Of a stretch of DNA of 64,000 nucleotides, positions 1 through 12,677 are shown one piece after another. The position numbers and the translations under genes are program-made. Source of the DNA: Podarcis tiliguerta. Its lineage: Eukaryota. The stretch lies in the NCBI GenBank assembly GCA_965153285.1, contig OZ229114.1. One strand, 5' to 3'. The notes below the pieces were generated by a model, which worked only from the letters and a program-made list of their open reading frames with translations, was not told the origin of the DNA and searched no databases. Position 1 is the stretch's first letter; every line of letters starts with the position of its first letter.

Positions 1-204
1 GGGAAAGGAGCATCGCTTGCTCCATCTGCTTTTGTTCCTGATCCTCCCACCGCTGGCATACAGCCCTTGGAAGGTTTCCTGGAACATAATGCGTCCCATC
101 CCTGCTTTAGATTGTGATCTCCTCGGGGCACGGCACTTGCCTGTCCTGGTTGCGTCACCCTGTAACATCGATGGTGCTGACGATTCTTTGTGGATGTTTT
201 ACAG

Positions 205-301
205 AACCAACATACAGTCTCCTTCTGCCCGGATCGGGAATAAGCTCTACCAGCAGAAAGACGCGCGCCAAGCCACTTTCCTTTTTAAGAGGGGCCTGAA
301 G
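205..301 (+). CDS. FYTTD1: FYTTD1 (UAP56-interacting factor) internal coding exon
   Basis: tttacag|A...CTGAAG|gtactg; encodes (R)TNIQSPSARIGNKLYQQKDARQATFLFKRGLK, similar to human UIF GNKLNHQKDTRQATFLFRRGLK as recalled; phase 2 to 0. Confidence 0.9.
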
Positions 302-1295
302 GTACTGTAGGAGGCAGAGCGAGAGTGCTGTTCTCTTCCCCTGCACCTCTCTCTTCGACATAATCTGACCATCTGGATAGCGTTTGAAGAAAACTTGGCT
401 AAAGTTGTGTGTTTTATATATAGCCATGTTCTCCTTCAGATGCTACTTTTCATTAGATCATAAGGTTTCGGTCATTGGCACTAAAAGAGTTGCGTATGTG
501 CCTGTGTGCTATTTATCATGACTGAGCCTTCCGATGGCTGTATTAAAAGCATCGGTGCAGGAAAAACTCGGCCATGGGCTAGTTTGATAGAGAGCAGAAG
601 CCCTGTTCTCACTGAATCTGGCATCCAGCTCTGATGATAATGCAGAAATACTTTGCCCCTGAGATCGTGACTTGATTTCTTGTGTAAAGCCAAGTCTAGG
701 AAATGCCTCTATAGAAGCCTGTGTAATTTGTAGACCTGCAGACTCCACTTTTGTGGGTTCCCCAGCAGCCGCTGTTGTTCTGACCAAGTAAAGCTGTATA
801 CCAACATCACAGTGGTGTGTTTATTGAAGAAATCCATCCCAGAGCCTTCTTCAGCCTAAAGGCGTGATGGAATGCCAGAGATACAGTACCAGGACCAAAC
901 TTTTCACACTCTTTGTGGATGCAAACTTGGAGAGCGCAGGGCGTGCATAGACACGGCTTGCAGTTTAACAAAAGTTCTGAGCCAAAAAAAGGAGTACAAA
1001 TTGGAGAACGGCTCGCTTCTGCAGTCAGCGAAAGACTCAGAGTTCTCTGGAACGCCAGATAAGTTTGTAACAGGAGTGGCTGTTGAAGGGAGCACAAGTG
1101 GTTCTCAGCCTGCCTGCTTGGAACAAAGCTGGAGAATTGTAAAGTGAGGCAGGGGGTCACATGCAGGGGAACGTGAGTGGTTTGAAGAGGCAGTTCAGGC
1201 AGGGAGAACGAAGGTGGGGAGGCTCAAAACAGTTTTGGGGCAGGAGAGCATCTTAGGCAGTGAGTTACCAGACACAGAGCTTAGCTACAAATAGA

Positions 1296-1648
1296 TAAAG
1301 GTAAAGGGACCCCTGACCATTAGGTCCAGTCGTGGCCGACTCTGGGGTTGCGACGCTCATCTCGCTTTATTGGCCAAGGCAGCCGGCGTACAGCTTCCGG
1401 GTCATGTGGCCAGCAGGACTAAGCCGCTTCTGGCGAACCAGAGCAGTGCATAGAAATGCCGTTTACCTTCCCACTGGACTGGTACCTATTTATCTACTGG
1501 CACTTTGACGTGCTTTTGAACTGCTAGGTTGGCAGGAGCAGGGACCGAACAACGGGAGCTCACCCTGTCACGGGGATTCGAACCGCCAACCTTCTGATTG
1601 GCAAGTCCTAGGTTCTGTGGTTTAACTCTCAGCGCCACCCGTGTCCCC
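1296..1648 (-). mobile_element. Sauria SINE, full length
   Basis: Minus strand has tRNA-like head with B box GGTTCGAATCC and an ACCTTT-type tail; highly similar to the other copies in the window. Confidence 0.9.
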
Positions 1649-2846
1649 ATGCTACATATACATGGCTGGAAAGAGCAAGAGGCAGGGATGAAGCCAGTCC
1701 TGCTGGCTTGCAGAAGGTGGGACCCACAGTGGCTGATGCTGGCCAGTTGGGCATGTTGATTTTTTCCAGCTTTCAAATTCCAGAACTGAGGGGTGCTAAA
1801 AAGTTGTAACATGACTTGGAAATTTAAAAAATATTTTGGTTAAATCAGTATATAGTCTTGTGTGGTAAGTAAAATGTGTGTGAAATTGCATAGAAATAAA
1901 TAAAAATGATTGCCAAGTACGGTACTTGCAGTTATTTGATGCAGTAGTAGTAGTAGTATTTAAGCATTATCTGATATTTTCGGAAGGTAAATTTAAATTT
2001 ATTTGTTTTTTCCAAGAGCAGTTTCTTGTACTTTTTAATCCAACATAGATTTACCAAGCTAAATGTTGTCCAATCACAAAATAATAGCAAATTTGAATTC
2101 CTCACAAACAAAAACGTATTTTTAAGATCGCTCACCGAAGAAATTAGCAAAAATTAAGTTTCACCCCCTAAAACGACATGCCCTAGGTTTGGGGGCAGAG
2201 TGTAGATGACACTTGAAGAAGCAGCATTTCAGAATGGGATGGAGTGGAGGGGAAGGAATCTCCCACCAGTTGACTGACTTTTGGGGTCCACTAAGCCTCT
2301 TTGAGTGTTGGTTCTGTATCTGTATGTTTTGCGTGTCGTTTTATTTTGAAATCTTTATATCACACTTTTTGCTATTGTATTCAAAATGGCTAACAAATTG
2401 GTTAAATCCTAATAATAATAATAATTAATATAAATAATTATTATTAATAATAAATATAAATTTTTATTTATACCCCGCCCTTCCCGGTTCAAAAACCAGG
2501 CTCAGGGCGGCTAACAACAAATTTAAAACATTTATAAAAGTAGCATAAAATACAGTATAAAAATGTGAATAACAATAAAATTCAAAATCACAAAAAAGAG
2601 ACGTAACCCGTCATGTCACAGTGCCAACAAGCTTCGTAAATGCCTGTTTGTCATGCAAATCCCTTTATGAATCTCTGTAGAAACACTCACACCCAGAAAC
2701 CCCAACCCTGTTGGAATGTGTTGGTCAGATTCCAGTGACCTAGACTAAGTCTACAGTTATCTCCTGAATAAGTCTTCCCTCCCCAACAAAAAACATCTTC
2801 AGCTTTCTCATTTTCTCTACCGGTATTTTCTTTCCTCCTCCGACAG

Positions 2847-2908
2847 GTGCAGGCCCAAGTCCATCCAGAAGATGACCTAAGCGCCCAGGTCACAAACAGA
2901 ACTCGCCC
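2847..2908 (+). CDS. FYTTD1: FYTTD1 internal coding exon
   Basis: Pyrimidine tract then cgacag|GTGCAGGCCCAA...ACTCGCCC|gtaagt; VQAQVHPEDDLSAQVTNRTR(P); 62 nt, phase 0 to 2, fits both neighbours. Confidence 0.88.
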
Positions 2909-3344
2909 GTAAGTGTTCCAGTTTATTTGGCAGAGCAGCTGTGGAGGCAGTAATGCATGTGTGTTGAGACTGTGGCTTTTTAGACCAGCGTTGGCCCCTG
3001 CAACCAGATATTCATGGGGCGTATCGAGGGCACTGGATGTCTGTCTGATTTGGGAGGTGGCCTTGGGGTGTTGCTGAGCTGGGAGGCAGGAGCAGCGGCC
3101 TGCTGCAGTGGTGGCAGTGAGCTTCAGAAAGGGTGGGCTTCCAGTGTAAATCAGGGATGGTCTCATATTCTGAACACGCTGTCATAATATGGTATGTCAC
3201 CAGTTCTGAAAATGAAACTGTTGTATGCCTGCCACTTGCTTTCCAAGTGGGGAAGGTTTTGTAGATGTCCTCCATACACTTTTACTTGGGAGCAGCCCCA
3301 CTGAATTTCTGAAGCATGCATAAGATCAGACAGTATGCTAAAAA

Positions 3345-3705
3345 AAGGTAAAGGACCCCTGACAGTCAAGTCCAGTCGTGAACGACTCTAGGGTTGCGCG
3401 CTCATCTCGCTTTACTGGCCGAGGGAGCCGACGTTTGTCCGCAGACAGTTTTTCCGGGTCATGTGGCCGGCATGACTAAGCTGCTTCTGGCAAAACCAGA
3501 GCAGCGCACGGAAACACCATTTACCTTCCCGCCGGAGCGGTACCTATTTATCTACTTGCACTCTGACGTGCTTTCGAACTGCTAGGTTGGCAGGAGCAGG
3601 GACCGAGCAACGGGAGCTCATTCTGTCGCGGGGATTTGAACCACCGACCTTCTGATCGGCAAGCCCTAGGCTCTGTGGTTTACACCACAGCGCCAGCCGT
3701 GTCCT
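3345..3705 (-). mobile_element. Sauria SINE
   Basis: Same consensus; flanked by the direct repeat cagacagtatgcta (TSD). Confidence 0.9.
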
Positions 3706-4963
3706 GTCCAGACAGTATGCTACTCATCCCCAAATGTTGAATGAACACCCTCTAAATGGCTGTGAAGAGCTTTGCAGGTTGGGACCGGGTTGCTGGCAGT
3801 GAGAAACAGAGCATTTGTAAGGAGGAAACTTGGTTGGTTGGGCATTGTAGAAAGCAGGGGTCTTTAATGCCCTGTTTTCTTCTCTGACTGCTCTCGGATC
3901 TGTAGAATATGTGCTGTAAGCAGCCCAGAGCAGCTGGAGAGAACCAGCTAGATGGGTGGGGAATAAGAATACCAGCAGTCCAGTGTTTAATGGGCAGTTT
4001 TTTGCTCAGTAACTGGTATGTATCTGTTAACTAGATGCCTCATACCCATCCTTGTGGAGTAATGCTAAGTAATGCCATTTTGAAATCAGTAGTTTCATTG
4101 TGCTTTGTGGTGTACAAGTGAGCAGGTCCCTGCCCCTAGGAGCTTACAATCTATCACTTGCCACAGGACAGGCAACAGAAGAAGAAGGGGAAGGATGCAG
4201 GAGGCAGTTGTCAGTAGGTAGAGAATGTGGAAGGGGTTGTATCAAACTGTGTTTCTTCTGATGGCAGAAGAAGAAAAGAGAGGAAGTAATTTCAGTGATG
4301 CACCATCTGCTCTGGAAGATCCCCCAAACCCGTAGAGCAGATTTATGGGGGGTGGGAAGCTGCAAGCGTTAGAGGGAAATCACAAAAAAAATTGCTTCCT
4401 ACCCCATTCCACTGTTGAAAGCCTTACCATAAGCTGAGCAGTGCCACCAAACTCAGCCTGAAGGTTTCTGAACTCCTGCTGATCTTGACTACCAACCAGC
4501 CCCTTTCACTCAAATGGTTGGTAGCTTAAAATTGCAGTCTAAATTGTTTTCTTATAAAACAGGGGACTTTTTGCTGTGGCTACTTCTGCATTCTGGATGA
4601 AGCTACCTTCCTTATTGGACTTGTTTGCTAGGAGGAAACAGGAGCTTCTTCCAGAAAAGGAGAGTCCCCAAGTGCTCTGAAGGATGTGCACATGCGTGTG
4701 TTTAGGGACACACAGGAACAGACTGTGCAGAATTGCAACCTTTTTGAAAGAAGTGTAAGAGCTCGCTGGACCAGGCCAGTGGCCCATCTAGTCCAGCATC
4801 CTGTTCTCACAGTGGCCAAGCAGATGCCCCAATGGGAAGCATGCAAGTAGGATCTGAGTACACACCCCGGCTTGTGATTCATAGCAGCTGGCATTCAGAC
4901 GCAGGGGGCCTCCAACAGAGAAGGGAGAACATAGTCATCATGGCTAGTTGCCATCATCAGCCT

Positions 4964-5760
4964 CATAGTGGTCAACTTCTAGATTTGAAAATAAGGGACC
5001 AGCAGCCTTGAAAATAAGGGATCGGCAGCCAAAATAAGGGATTTTAGACAAACAACTGAAATGCGAAGTTAAAAGGGACCAGATAATTTGGGAGAGCAGC
5101 GCCAGTTTTTAGCCCTTCATTTCCAGAGGTTGCTGCTCAAGACACCAGCTGATGAAACACTGCAATTAAATAACTACAAGCAGCAACCACTTTTCATGCG
5201 AAACGAAGTCTAAGCTACGAAGATGCTGCTGCAGTTCTGTATCTTTTCTCTCGTACTCCATCTGCAGCTCTCAGTTCCATCAGGCGGGGCAGGAGGAGGG
5301 GGGGGAATAGCGCCCAAAGTAAACCTGCAGATCAGACCATCTATGCTAGTCTACCACTACAAATCTATGGGAGAAGCGCTTGCGGTCCTTCCTCCGCTTT
5401 CCCCCTCCATGGTTAGCCCTTGGAACACCTGCCTGCGCCTCCGCCTTCTCCTCCTCTGTCTGGACTGCTTTCTCTATGGCTGCCCTCGCTCTCCTCTCAA
5501 GGCTCTCAGTCCTCTCAGTCCCTGTGGGGAGGGGCTCCCAGGGCCAAGGCTGGTGAGAGGAGGCCGGAGGGGGGCGGGCGGGGCAGCCAAGCAACACAGT
5601 TGGAGCCTCCCTCCTCCCTGGCCAGCAGGGAAGGAGGGAGAGGAGCTGCTTCCTTTGAAACCCGGGAAATTTAAGGGACATCATCAATAAGGGACAGCAG
5701 GGGGACATGGCGCTGGGATAAGGGAGTTTCTCGCCAAATAAGGGACGGTTGACAGCTATG
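4964..5760. mobile_element. Non-autonomous DNA transposon (hAT-like), inserted in an older retroposon fragment
   Basis: Imperfect TIRs CATAGtgGTCAAC / GTTGACAGCTATG; repeated subterminal AATAAGGGA at both ends; cagcct duplicated on both sides. Confidence 0.65.
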
Positions 5761-6174
5761 CAGCCTTAACTCATTGAATTTGTCTAATCCTTTTTAAAAC
5801 CCATTCTTTTGAAAATCACACTGCTTTTAGAAACTGGTGTCCTAGCATTGGTGGTCTGGCTGTTGGGTAAGGAAAGGCCTACATGCTAGGCCAGCTGTTG
5901 TCAAATGTTGTCTCGAGGAGCAGCCTCGAGCAAAGGGAAAATTGCTCAGGCCTTTGCTGGTACAGCTTCAGGCAAACTGCTGAGCTCTTGAAAAGGGTGC
6001 CCGCATCTGAGCCCAGGGTGGATTGGTTAAGGCAGCCAGGAATGCAAGTAGCCTATAAAAAAAGGCTGTTGCTTGTCTAAGTCTGACCTTTTGCACTATC
6101 AATGAATTGATCTAAAGTGGGAATTTGAAGCAAACTGCCTGTACAGCTGGTCTTTTCAGAACACCCTTTAGCTC

Positions 6175-6308
6175 AGTCCTTGGGAACCTTTGGCCCTCCA
6201 GGTGTTGCTGAACTACAACTCCCATCATGCCCTGCTCATTGGCCATGCTGGTTGGGGCTGATGGGAGGAGTCCAGCAACATTGGAGGGCCACAGATTTCC
6301 TCATCCTG
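6175..6308. mobile_element. Short hAT-type MITE (ACTACAACTCCCA family), diverged
   Basis: Inverted arms ggccctcca...aactacaactcccatca / tgatggga...tggagggcc. Confidence 0.65.
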
Positions 6309-6681
6309 CTTTACCTGGGATCATAAAGTTTACGTTATGACCCATAGTTAAAACATCAGCTAGTGAGAAATGAGTGCTTATATAGCTTATGGAAACTGTT
6401 TTGAATGATTTTTGACCATCTTCCACATTAGGACTACCCAGGTACAAGTTTAAAACTAGTTGTTCCTCCAAGCCTTTGGGTCTTTAAAATTGATGCTGAT
6501 TCTGGGGATTATTATTTTATGGCTCTGATTTGTGCTTATAGTATGTGTATATTCAATTTCGTGTAGTTTATGTTATGAGACACACTGTGTTCCTGTGTTG
6601 GATGAAAGGCAGGATAGAAAAACTATGTAATATTAGCAGAGGATTTACTGGGTCAACTGAGTCTTGTGCTTTCCCAAACAG

Positions 6682-6756
6682 ATGGCGAACATCCACTACA
6701 AATGGAGGGATTTTGACTGTATCCATTGACAATCCTGGCGCAGTCCCATCCCCCAT
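6682..6756 (+). CDS. FYTTD1: FYTTD1 internal coding exon
   Basis: aaacag|A TGG CGA...CCC AT|gtgagt; WRTSTTNGGILTVSIDNPGAVPSP, near-identical to human UIF as recalled. Confidence 0.93.
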
Positions 6757-6998
6757 GTGAGTAAAATCAGCTTCATCTTGCGCTGGAATCTCCTGGTTGA
6801 TGAGCATAGTGGTGGGAGCTAAGGAAAAGTACGTGGCTGGTGAGAAACGGTGTTCATCACCCAGGTCCACCCCCTTGCTTGCTGTGTTGTTATTAGCTTG
6901 GAAGCAATAGGCAGTGTTTGTCTCCTCTGCTTTTACAGTTTGGTGAAAATGGACATTTCCGTTGACCCTGTTCAGTGTGCCATGTGTTTTCCCCACAG

Positions 6999-7125
6999 TT
7001 CTTTGAAGCCAAGGCTGACCAGCACTCCCGTGCCTCCCTTCCTCTTGAAGAAGGACCAGTCGGAAGAGAAGAAGATTCCCAAAGGGGTCCCCCTGCAGTT
7101 TGATATCAACAGTGTCGGAAAGCAG
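6999..7125 (+). CDS. FYTTD1: FYTTD1 penultimate coding exon
   Basis: ccccacag|T TCT...AAG CAG|gttggt; [42 protein letters not shown]. Confidence 0.93.
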
Positions 7126-7763
7126 GTTGGTTGCTTCCAGATAAAATCGGTGTGCATTGTTGACAGTAAAACGGGCTCCATGGGTTCTTTATTGGACTTT
7201 GGGTCTTGCCGTGGAATTGCGGAGTAGCCGAGTTCCTGTCTTGGACTGGCTGGATGCAGAGGACTGGTGGGAGGCACCATCCATGGAGCTGGATTGGAGT
7301 AAAAAACACTGTTCACTCACTTGGGAGCCCCTGGTTGGAGAGAGGCTGAACAAACTGCCAGTCAGGCCCTGCAGGGTCAAGAGGAGGAGACTATGGGACC
7401 TGCTTGGTTCTTCCAGATAGTGACCCGAAGCATAGGAATGCAGTGTCTCCTCTACTGCCTCCTGGGTTCCTCTTTGCACTTTCTTGCAAGCAGTGTGAGA
7501 AACTGGGATGGAAGAGGTAGGAGCCAAATGGCTTCTAGGACCTGGGTTGTGGGGACGAAAGCAGAACATCTAGTCGCTACTGGGGGGGTGGGGGCGTTGG
7601 CAGCACTTTTTATTAATTTGATAAGCATGAACTAATACGTATGCAGTTCACATAAGCGATACATTGTTAATATCGCATTTTTTGCAGAAATGGTTAATAC
7701 ATGTTTAGTTTAGTGTTTACTATAAAAACATTGGTACCATACTTCAGTTTTCAAAACACTCTA

Positions 7764-8017
7764 CAGTCACACCTTGGGTTACAGACGCTTCAGGTTGCCA
7801 TTTTTCGGGTTACGGACCTGCCAAAACCCGGAAGTACCAGAACAGGTTACTTCCGGATTTTAGCAGTCGCGCATACACAGAAGTGCAAAATTGCGCATGC
7901 GCAGAAGCGCTGAATCGCAACCCGTGCGTGCGCAGACATGCTGCTGCGGGTTGCGAACGCTGCGGGTTGCGAACGTGCATCCTGCACAGATCATGTTCGC
8001 AACCGGAGCGTCCACTG
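7764..8017. mobile_element. Tc1/mariner (pogo/Tigger-like) MITE
   Basis: TA|CAGT...ACTG|TA termini with internal GGTTGCG/CGCAACC repeats. Confidence 0.75.
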
Positions 8018-8443
8018 TACTCTTTAATGTTAAACTTCTTAATATGTTGTCTATCCTTAACATAAACTTCAAGGCTTCAAAGCACATACATTTCAGTAAT
8101 CCTTGAGTGTCAGCCAGGCACGAAAAACGGCACCCAGACTTTTGGAGGTGCTCGCAAAAGGAGAATCTTTAGGAGCAAAATGCTCCTGCTAATTTCGAAC
8201 CCTGCTTGCGAGTGCTCCGAACACCTTCAGACTCTCCACACAATTAGAAGGCTACTCTTTAATTTTTGTTTTCTCACCTAACCCACCAACCCGTATCTTA
8301 TCCAAGGTCCCCCACTGCAGTTGAAGCTTAGCACGTGTGTTCAATGTGCTAGGGAAACTGGTTGAAATATTAACCAGGCACCATAATTTTGGCCTGCTTG
8401 ATGGGTGGCTGCTGTACTGATTTACGTCCTCCTTTGTTCACAG

Positions 8444-8539
8444 ACAAACATGACCCTCAACGAGCGCTTTGGGATCCTGAAGGAGCAGAGAACGGCTCTC
8501 TCCCAGAACAAAGGCAGCCGTTTCGTGACTGTGGGCTAG
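8444..8539 (+). CDS. FYTTD1: FYTTD1 terminal coding exon
   Basis: ttcacag|ACA AAC ATG ACC CTC AAC GAG CGC TTT...GTG GGC TAG; [31 protein letters not shown], the UIF C-terminus with the TLNERF motif. Confidence 0.95.
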   Translation, partial: TNMTLNERFGILKEQRTALSQNKGSRFVTVG

Positions 8540-10104
8540 AGGGCCTGCTCAGGGGAACCCTATCTTTCTAAGGAACTGAACTAGCAGCGGGCCGAAGAAT
8601 AAGTTGGACTTTGTGTCAAGATACTGATAAACTGAATTTTGTTTTTAGATGGCTTCTACTCTGAATAGTTAAAAAGAGAACACCCTCACATGATAGTGGA
8701 CCATAAAAAGAGAAAATTCAGTGTTGCTTGGAAAACAGCGTCCTGTTGTTTGGACTGCAAGGGTCCACATAAGCGCCTGGACAAGGGGGGGGGGGCAAAG
8801 CCAGTTGTTCTTATTTTGGTTTCTTAAGCAGCCGACAGAGGTGGTGATTAATGCAGGGGTCAGTCTTTGCTCCACCTGCTCTTGCAAAGCTGTGTCTTTT
8901 CATTTTGTGCCCCTAGCTGCTGAAATTTGCTTAAAACGTTTGCAGCGGACAGCACTTGGCTGCTGCTGCTCGTCTTTCCGTTCGGCTCACAGATCTTTCT
9001 TTCCCTCAAGCTCTGCAGTTCATCTGGCACTAGAAGCTAAATTGTTTGGCATCCGAGGCAGCGAGTAAGAATCCAGCTTTTCTTGGCGATGAAAAGGCGT
9101 AGCGGTCATTCTCGTCCCCTTAAGTGATAGAACAAGGCCTCCCATGAGGCCACAGCAAGAACCTAGTCCACATCCTCGAGAAAGGACCATACAGGGTGCA
9201 TACAAGCTATCCCCCCCCTTTTTTTTAAAGCTGTGAGTTTGCTTCAGATATTCATCAGCTGAAATGATGCTTTGATGACCAATGTTACCGGATCAGTTAT
9301 TTTGGTTGTCGCTCTGTTGTGTTGTACAAATGTGGCACTTTTGTGACTCGTATACCTAGTGGCAGACCCACCAGGTGAGCATTGTGAGGTTCAAGGCACC
9401 TTCCTTCCTGTTGCTTCAAGGGATCAAAAGTGGTGGTGTCGCCATTCACACACACACACAAACTTCATGTGCGCTGGATTTTGATTTCAACATAATGGCC
9501 TACTTCCTGGATTTAAAATGTCCATAGTGGGTGTGTTGGGAGGCACACCTAGGTAAAAGGATGCCAGGTTTGCTCAGTCTCAGAAACCTGATATATGTAA
9601 CTTGACCTTTGTTTTTCTTTGACATTTCTTTTAAAAAATAGTTTATTGTGGAGATCAAAACAAATATTTGGCAGTAGCAAGGCTGCCTTTAGAGCAGTTT
9701 TTATGTAGTCATGCCTCCATGACAATTTAATGTTCATCATCTTCTGTTTTTAATTATTTGAAATACCTTCTATACCTTTGCAATGGGAAAAAATGGAATA
9801 TTAAAGTTCCTCCTTTTGTGTTGTTGTTTTTTACTCGGTTAGTAGGAATTCTGTTGAAGTCCATTAGAATGAAGTAGATAAATATGCTTATAATCATCCT
9901 GTGTTTGGTTTCTACCAGGATGTACTTTAAAAAAAAAACCCTTTTGCATCAACATGGATGCAAAACATTGATGCAATGCATCTCAAGAGAGCTAGTTTGT
10001 ATTTAAGGAGAATATGCTTTAAACTCTACCTTTGGGTATTTTTTTTTTTTTTTTGGAGAAGTTAATACATTTGGATCTATTCTAAAGCTGTTGGACTTTT
10101 TAAA

Positions 10105-10110
10105 AATAAA
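10105..10110 (+). terminator. Probable FYTTD1 polyadenylation signal, ending a 3' UTR of about 1.6 kb
   Basis: AATAAA after an AU-rich, repeat-free stretch, followed by a GT/T-rich element (gtttgcatttgtgtgt). Confidence 0.6.
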
Positions 10111-10332
10111 AGTGTTACAAGTTTGCATTTGTGTGTACTTAGATATGAATTTTGCAGCTCCATATTCTTCAACAAAGGCCAGCTTAGTACATAAATCAGG
10201 AATACATGTTTAACACTCCACTCTTCACAATGATCTTAACTTGTGATCTGTGCCAGAAAAATGCAAATAATGTTGTTCTAATGACTGGTATACCATAAGC
10301 ATTACTGCTTTCAACTGTCCCCTTTTTCTCAT

Positions 10333-10440
10333 AAGGTAAAGGTACCCCTGACCATTAGGTCCAGTCATGACCGACTCTGGGGTTGTGCGCTCATCTCGCT
10401 TTATTGGCCGAGGGAGCCGGCGTACAGCTTCCGGGTCATG
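10333..10440 (-). mobile_element. Sauria SINE 3' fragment (about 108 bp with tail)
   Basis: aaggtaaaggtacccctgacc...ccgggtcatg, ending abruptly at the junction with duplicated unique DNA. Confidence 0.85.
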
Positions 10441-10618
10441 AGGGGAAGAGCCAAGAGCCTTAGCCAGCTAACCAAAAAACTCATAGACTTTTTACATATT
10501 CTTAGCCGCTACTCATGAAGTATAGCAGTTTAATGAGCATCTCTTCAATACATTAAACATCTCTAAGTTGAAGGTCTGTTCACATGTTGAAGAGGGCAAT
10601 TCTATACAGACAGAATAA

Positions 10619-10965
10619 AAGGTAAAGGGACCCCTGACCATTAGGTCCAGTCGTGACCGACTCTGGGGTTGCAGCGCTCATCTCTCTTTATTGGCCGAGG
10701 GAGCCGGCATACAGCTTCCGGGTCATGTGGCCAGCATGACTAAGCCACTTCTGGAGAAACCAGAGCAGCGCATGGAAACGCCGTTTACCTTCCCGCCAGA
10801 GTGGTACCTATTTATTTACTTGCACATGACGTGCTTTCGAACTGCTAGGTTTGGCAGGAGAAGGGACCGAGCAACGGGAGCTCACCCGTCGCGGGGATTC
10901 GAACTGCCGACCTGATTGGCAAGTCCTAGGCTCTGTGGTTTAACCCACAGCGCCACCCACGTCCC
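10619..10965 (-). mobile_element. Sauria SINE, full length, sharing variants with the copy at 35118
   Basis: SINE consensus; variant tttatttacttgcacatgac also present (inverted) at about 35255-35280. Confidence 0.9.
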
Positions 10966-11319
10966 TTTTTTAAAGGGGTAATAATCTGCAAAATAACATG
11001 TTCCCACCTCCTGATTATTGCAAAGACAAAATTTCATGGAGAGAGGAATACAAGCATCTCTACCCAAAGCAATTGAGAAGGCAGCATGTTTTAAGCCTGG
11101 CCAGTGTGAAAAGCCTTTTGATGTTTTAACCCCGTGTAAATTCCCAAAATGAACAGCTAACCAAGGAGGATCATCATGAGAAAAGGCTAAGGGGCAAGGT
11201 TGTGCAGGGGTTAGCATACAGGTTTAGGCCTTTGGGGGGGGGGATTAATCCCGTTATTGCTTTATTAAAGCTAATGCAGAGTTGAATCCCAGTTGGAGGG
11301 TGACATTCAGATGCAATTG

Positions 11320-11513
11320 TGACCCAGTGTGGTGTAGTGGTTAAGAGCGGTGGACTCGTAATCTGGTGACTTCTCTGAAGTCTCTCAGCCCCACTCCCCT
11401 CACAGAGTGTTTGTTGTGGGGGAGGAAGGGAAAGGAGAATGTTAGCCGCTTTGAGACTCCTTAAAGGGAGTGAAAGGCGGGATATCAAATCCAAACTCTT
11501 CTTCTTCTTCTTC
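11320..11513 (+). mobile_element. tRNA-derived SINE with (CTT)n tail, internally deleted (Squam3-like)
   Basis: A-box head tggtgtagtggttaagagc; B box missing; tail (ctt)5. Confidence 0.65.
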
Positions 11514-11585
11514 AATAAGGTAGGTTTGCTGCTGCTGCCTGACCTTGGCAGAGGGAAAGCAAGCCTTGAAAATACTGATGTCCAC

Positions 11586-12321
11586 TTTGCCCGATAACAA
11601 ATGTTGGAAATGTAAAGAAATTGAAGGTACATTCTTTCACCTTTGGTGGACGTGCCCAATGATTAAGGCATTCTGGGAGATGATCTATAATGAAATGAAA
11701 AAGGTGTTTAAATATACCTTCCCGAAGAAACCAGAGGCCTTTCTCCTGGGCATGGTCGGCCAATTGGTGTTGAAGAAGGATAGAACTTTCTTTATGTACG
11801 CTACAACAGCAGCAAGAATACTCATCGCGAAGTACTGGAAGACACAAGAATTACCCACTTTGGAAGAATGGCAGATGAAGGTGATGGACTACATGGAGTT
11901 TGCAGAAATGACCGGCAGAATCCGAAACCAGGGAAAAGAGTTGGTGGAAGAAGATTGGAAGAAATTTAAAGACTATTTACAGAAACACTATAAAATTAAT
12001 GAATGTTAGAATGATGTTGGATTGAGATTAAAGGGTTATTAGTAATAATGGGATGAAGGAATATGGAAAGATGGAAGGTTAATAGACAAAAAACTAAAGG
12101 TATAATATATAAAGATCAAGATAAGGATAAGGTAGAGGGAAGGGATTTGCTGAATAAATAATTGAACTGGAATACAGAGAGGGGAGGTGTGGGGAGGTCC
12201 GGGAAATAAGCAAATGCAAGAAACATTATGAAAATTGAATTGTTTTTATTTGTTTGTTGTTTTTTTGTATTTTTCCTTTTTTTTATGTAAAAATCTTAAT
12301 AAAATATATATATATAAAAAA
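11586..12321 (+). mobile_element. 5'-truncated L1 LINE (ORF2 C-terminus plus 3' UTR)
   Basis: Uninterrupted frame with zinc knuckle CWKC-x8-HLWWTC, stop at 12009; AATAAA and A-rich tail; 18-bp direct repeat gaaaatactgatgtccac at 11568-11585 and 12322-12339. Confidence 0.92.
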
Positions 12322-12677
12322 GAAAATACTGATGTCCACAAGTCCCTTGACGAAGATGAGTGGGTTTAGGGATTCTCTCTGGTCTGACCACTCGGACCTC
12401 GTCCCAGTCAGCTGAGCAAGTTACAGTATGCAGAAGTATTTTCAGCAGAGTGAAGGTTGGGGGCTTAATGCAGGCTGAGCCAGAGATCTGCATCCTAAGC
12501 GGCTCATCCTGGCAGATCTTGCCATTGGTTTGCTTCCCTTATTCAATTAAATCCTGCTGACCTAGTAATGCAAAGGGATGCAGCTGTGCCATTCTTGTCA
12601 CATTTTATACCACTCAGGTTAAGTGGTATAAGCCTTATGATTACAGGGCTTTTTATTCACAGTAACCATAAGATACA

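Noticed and set aside
5223-5708. 155 aa and 120 aa ORFs
   Set aside because: They lie inside a non-autonomous transposon, with no transposase motifs or recognisable domain.
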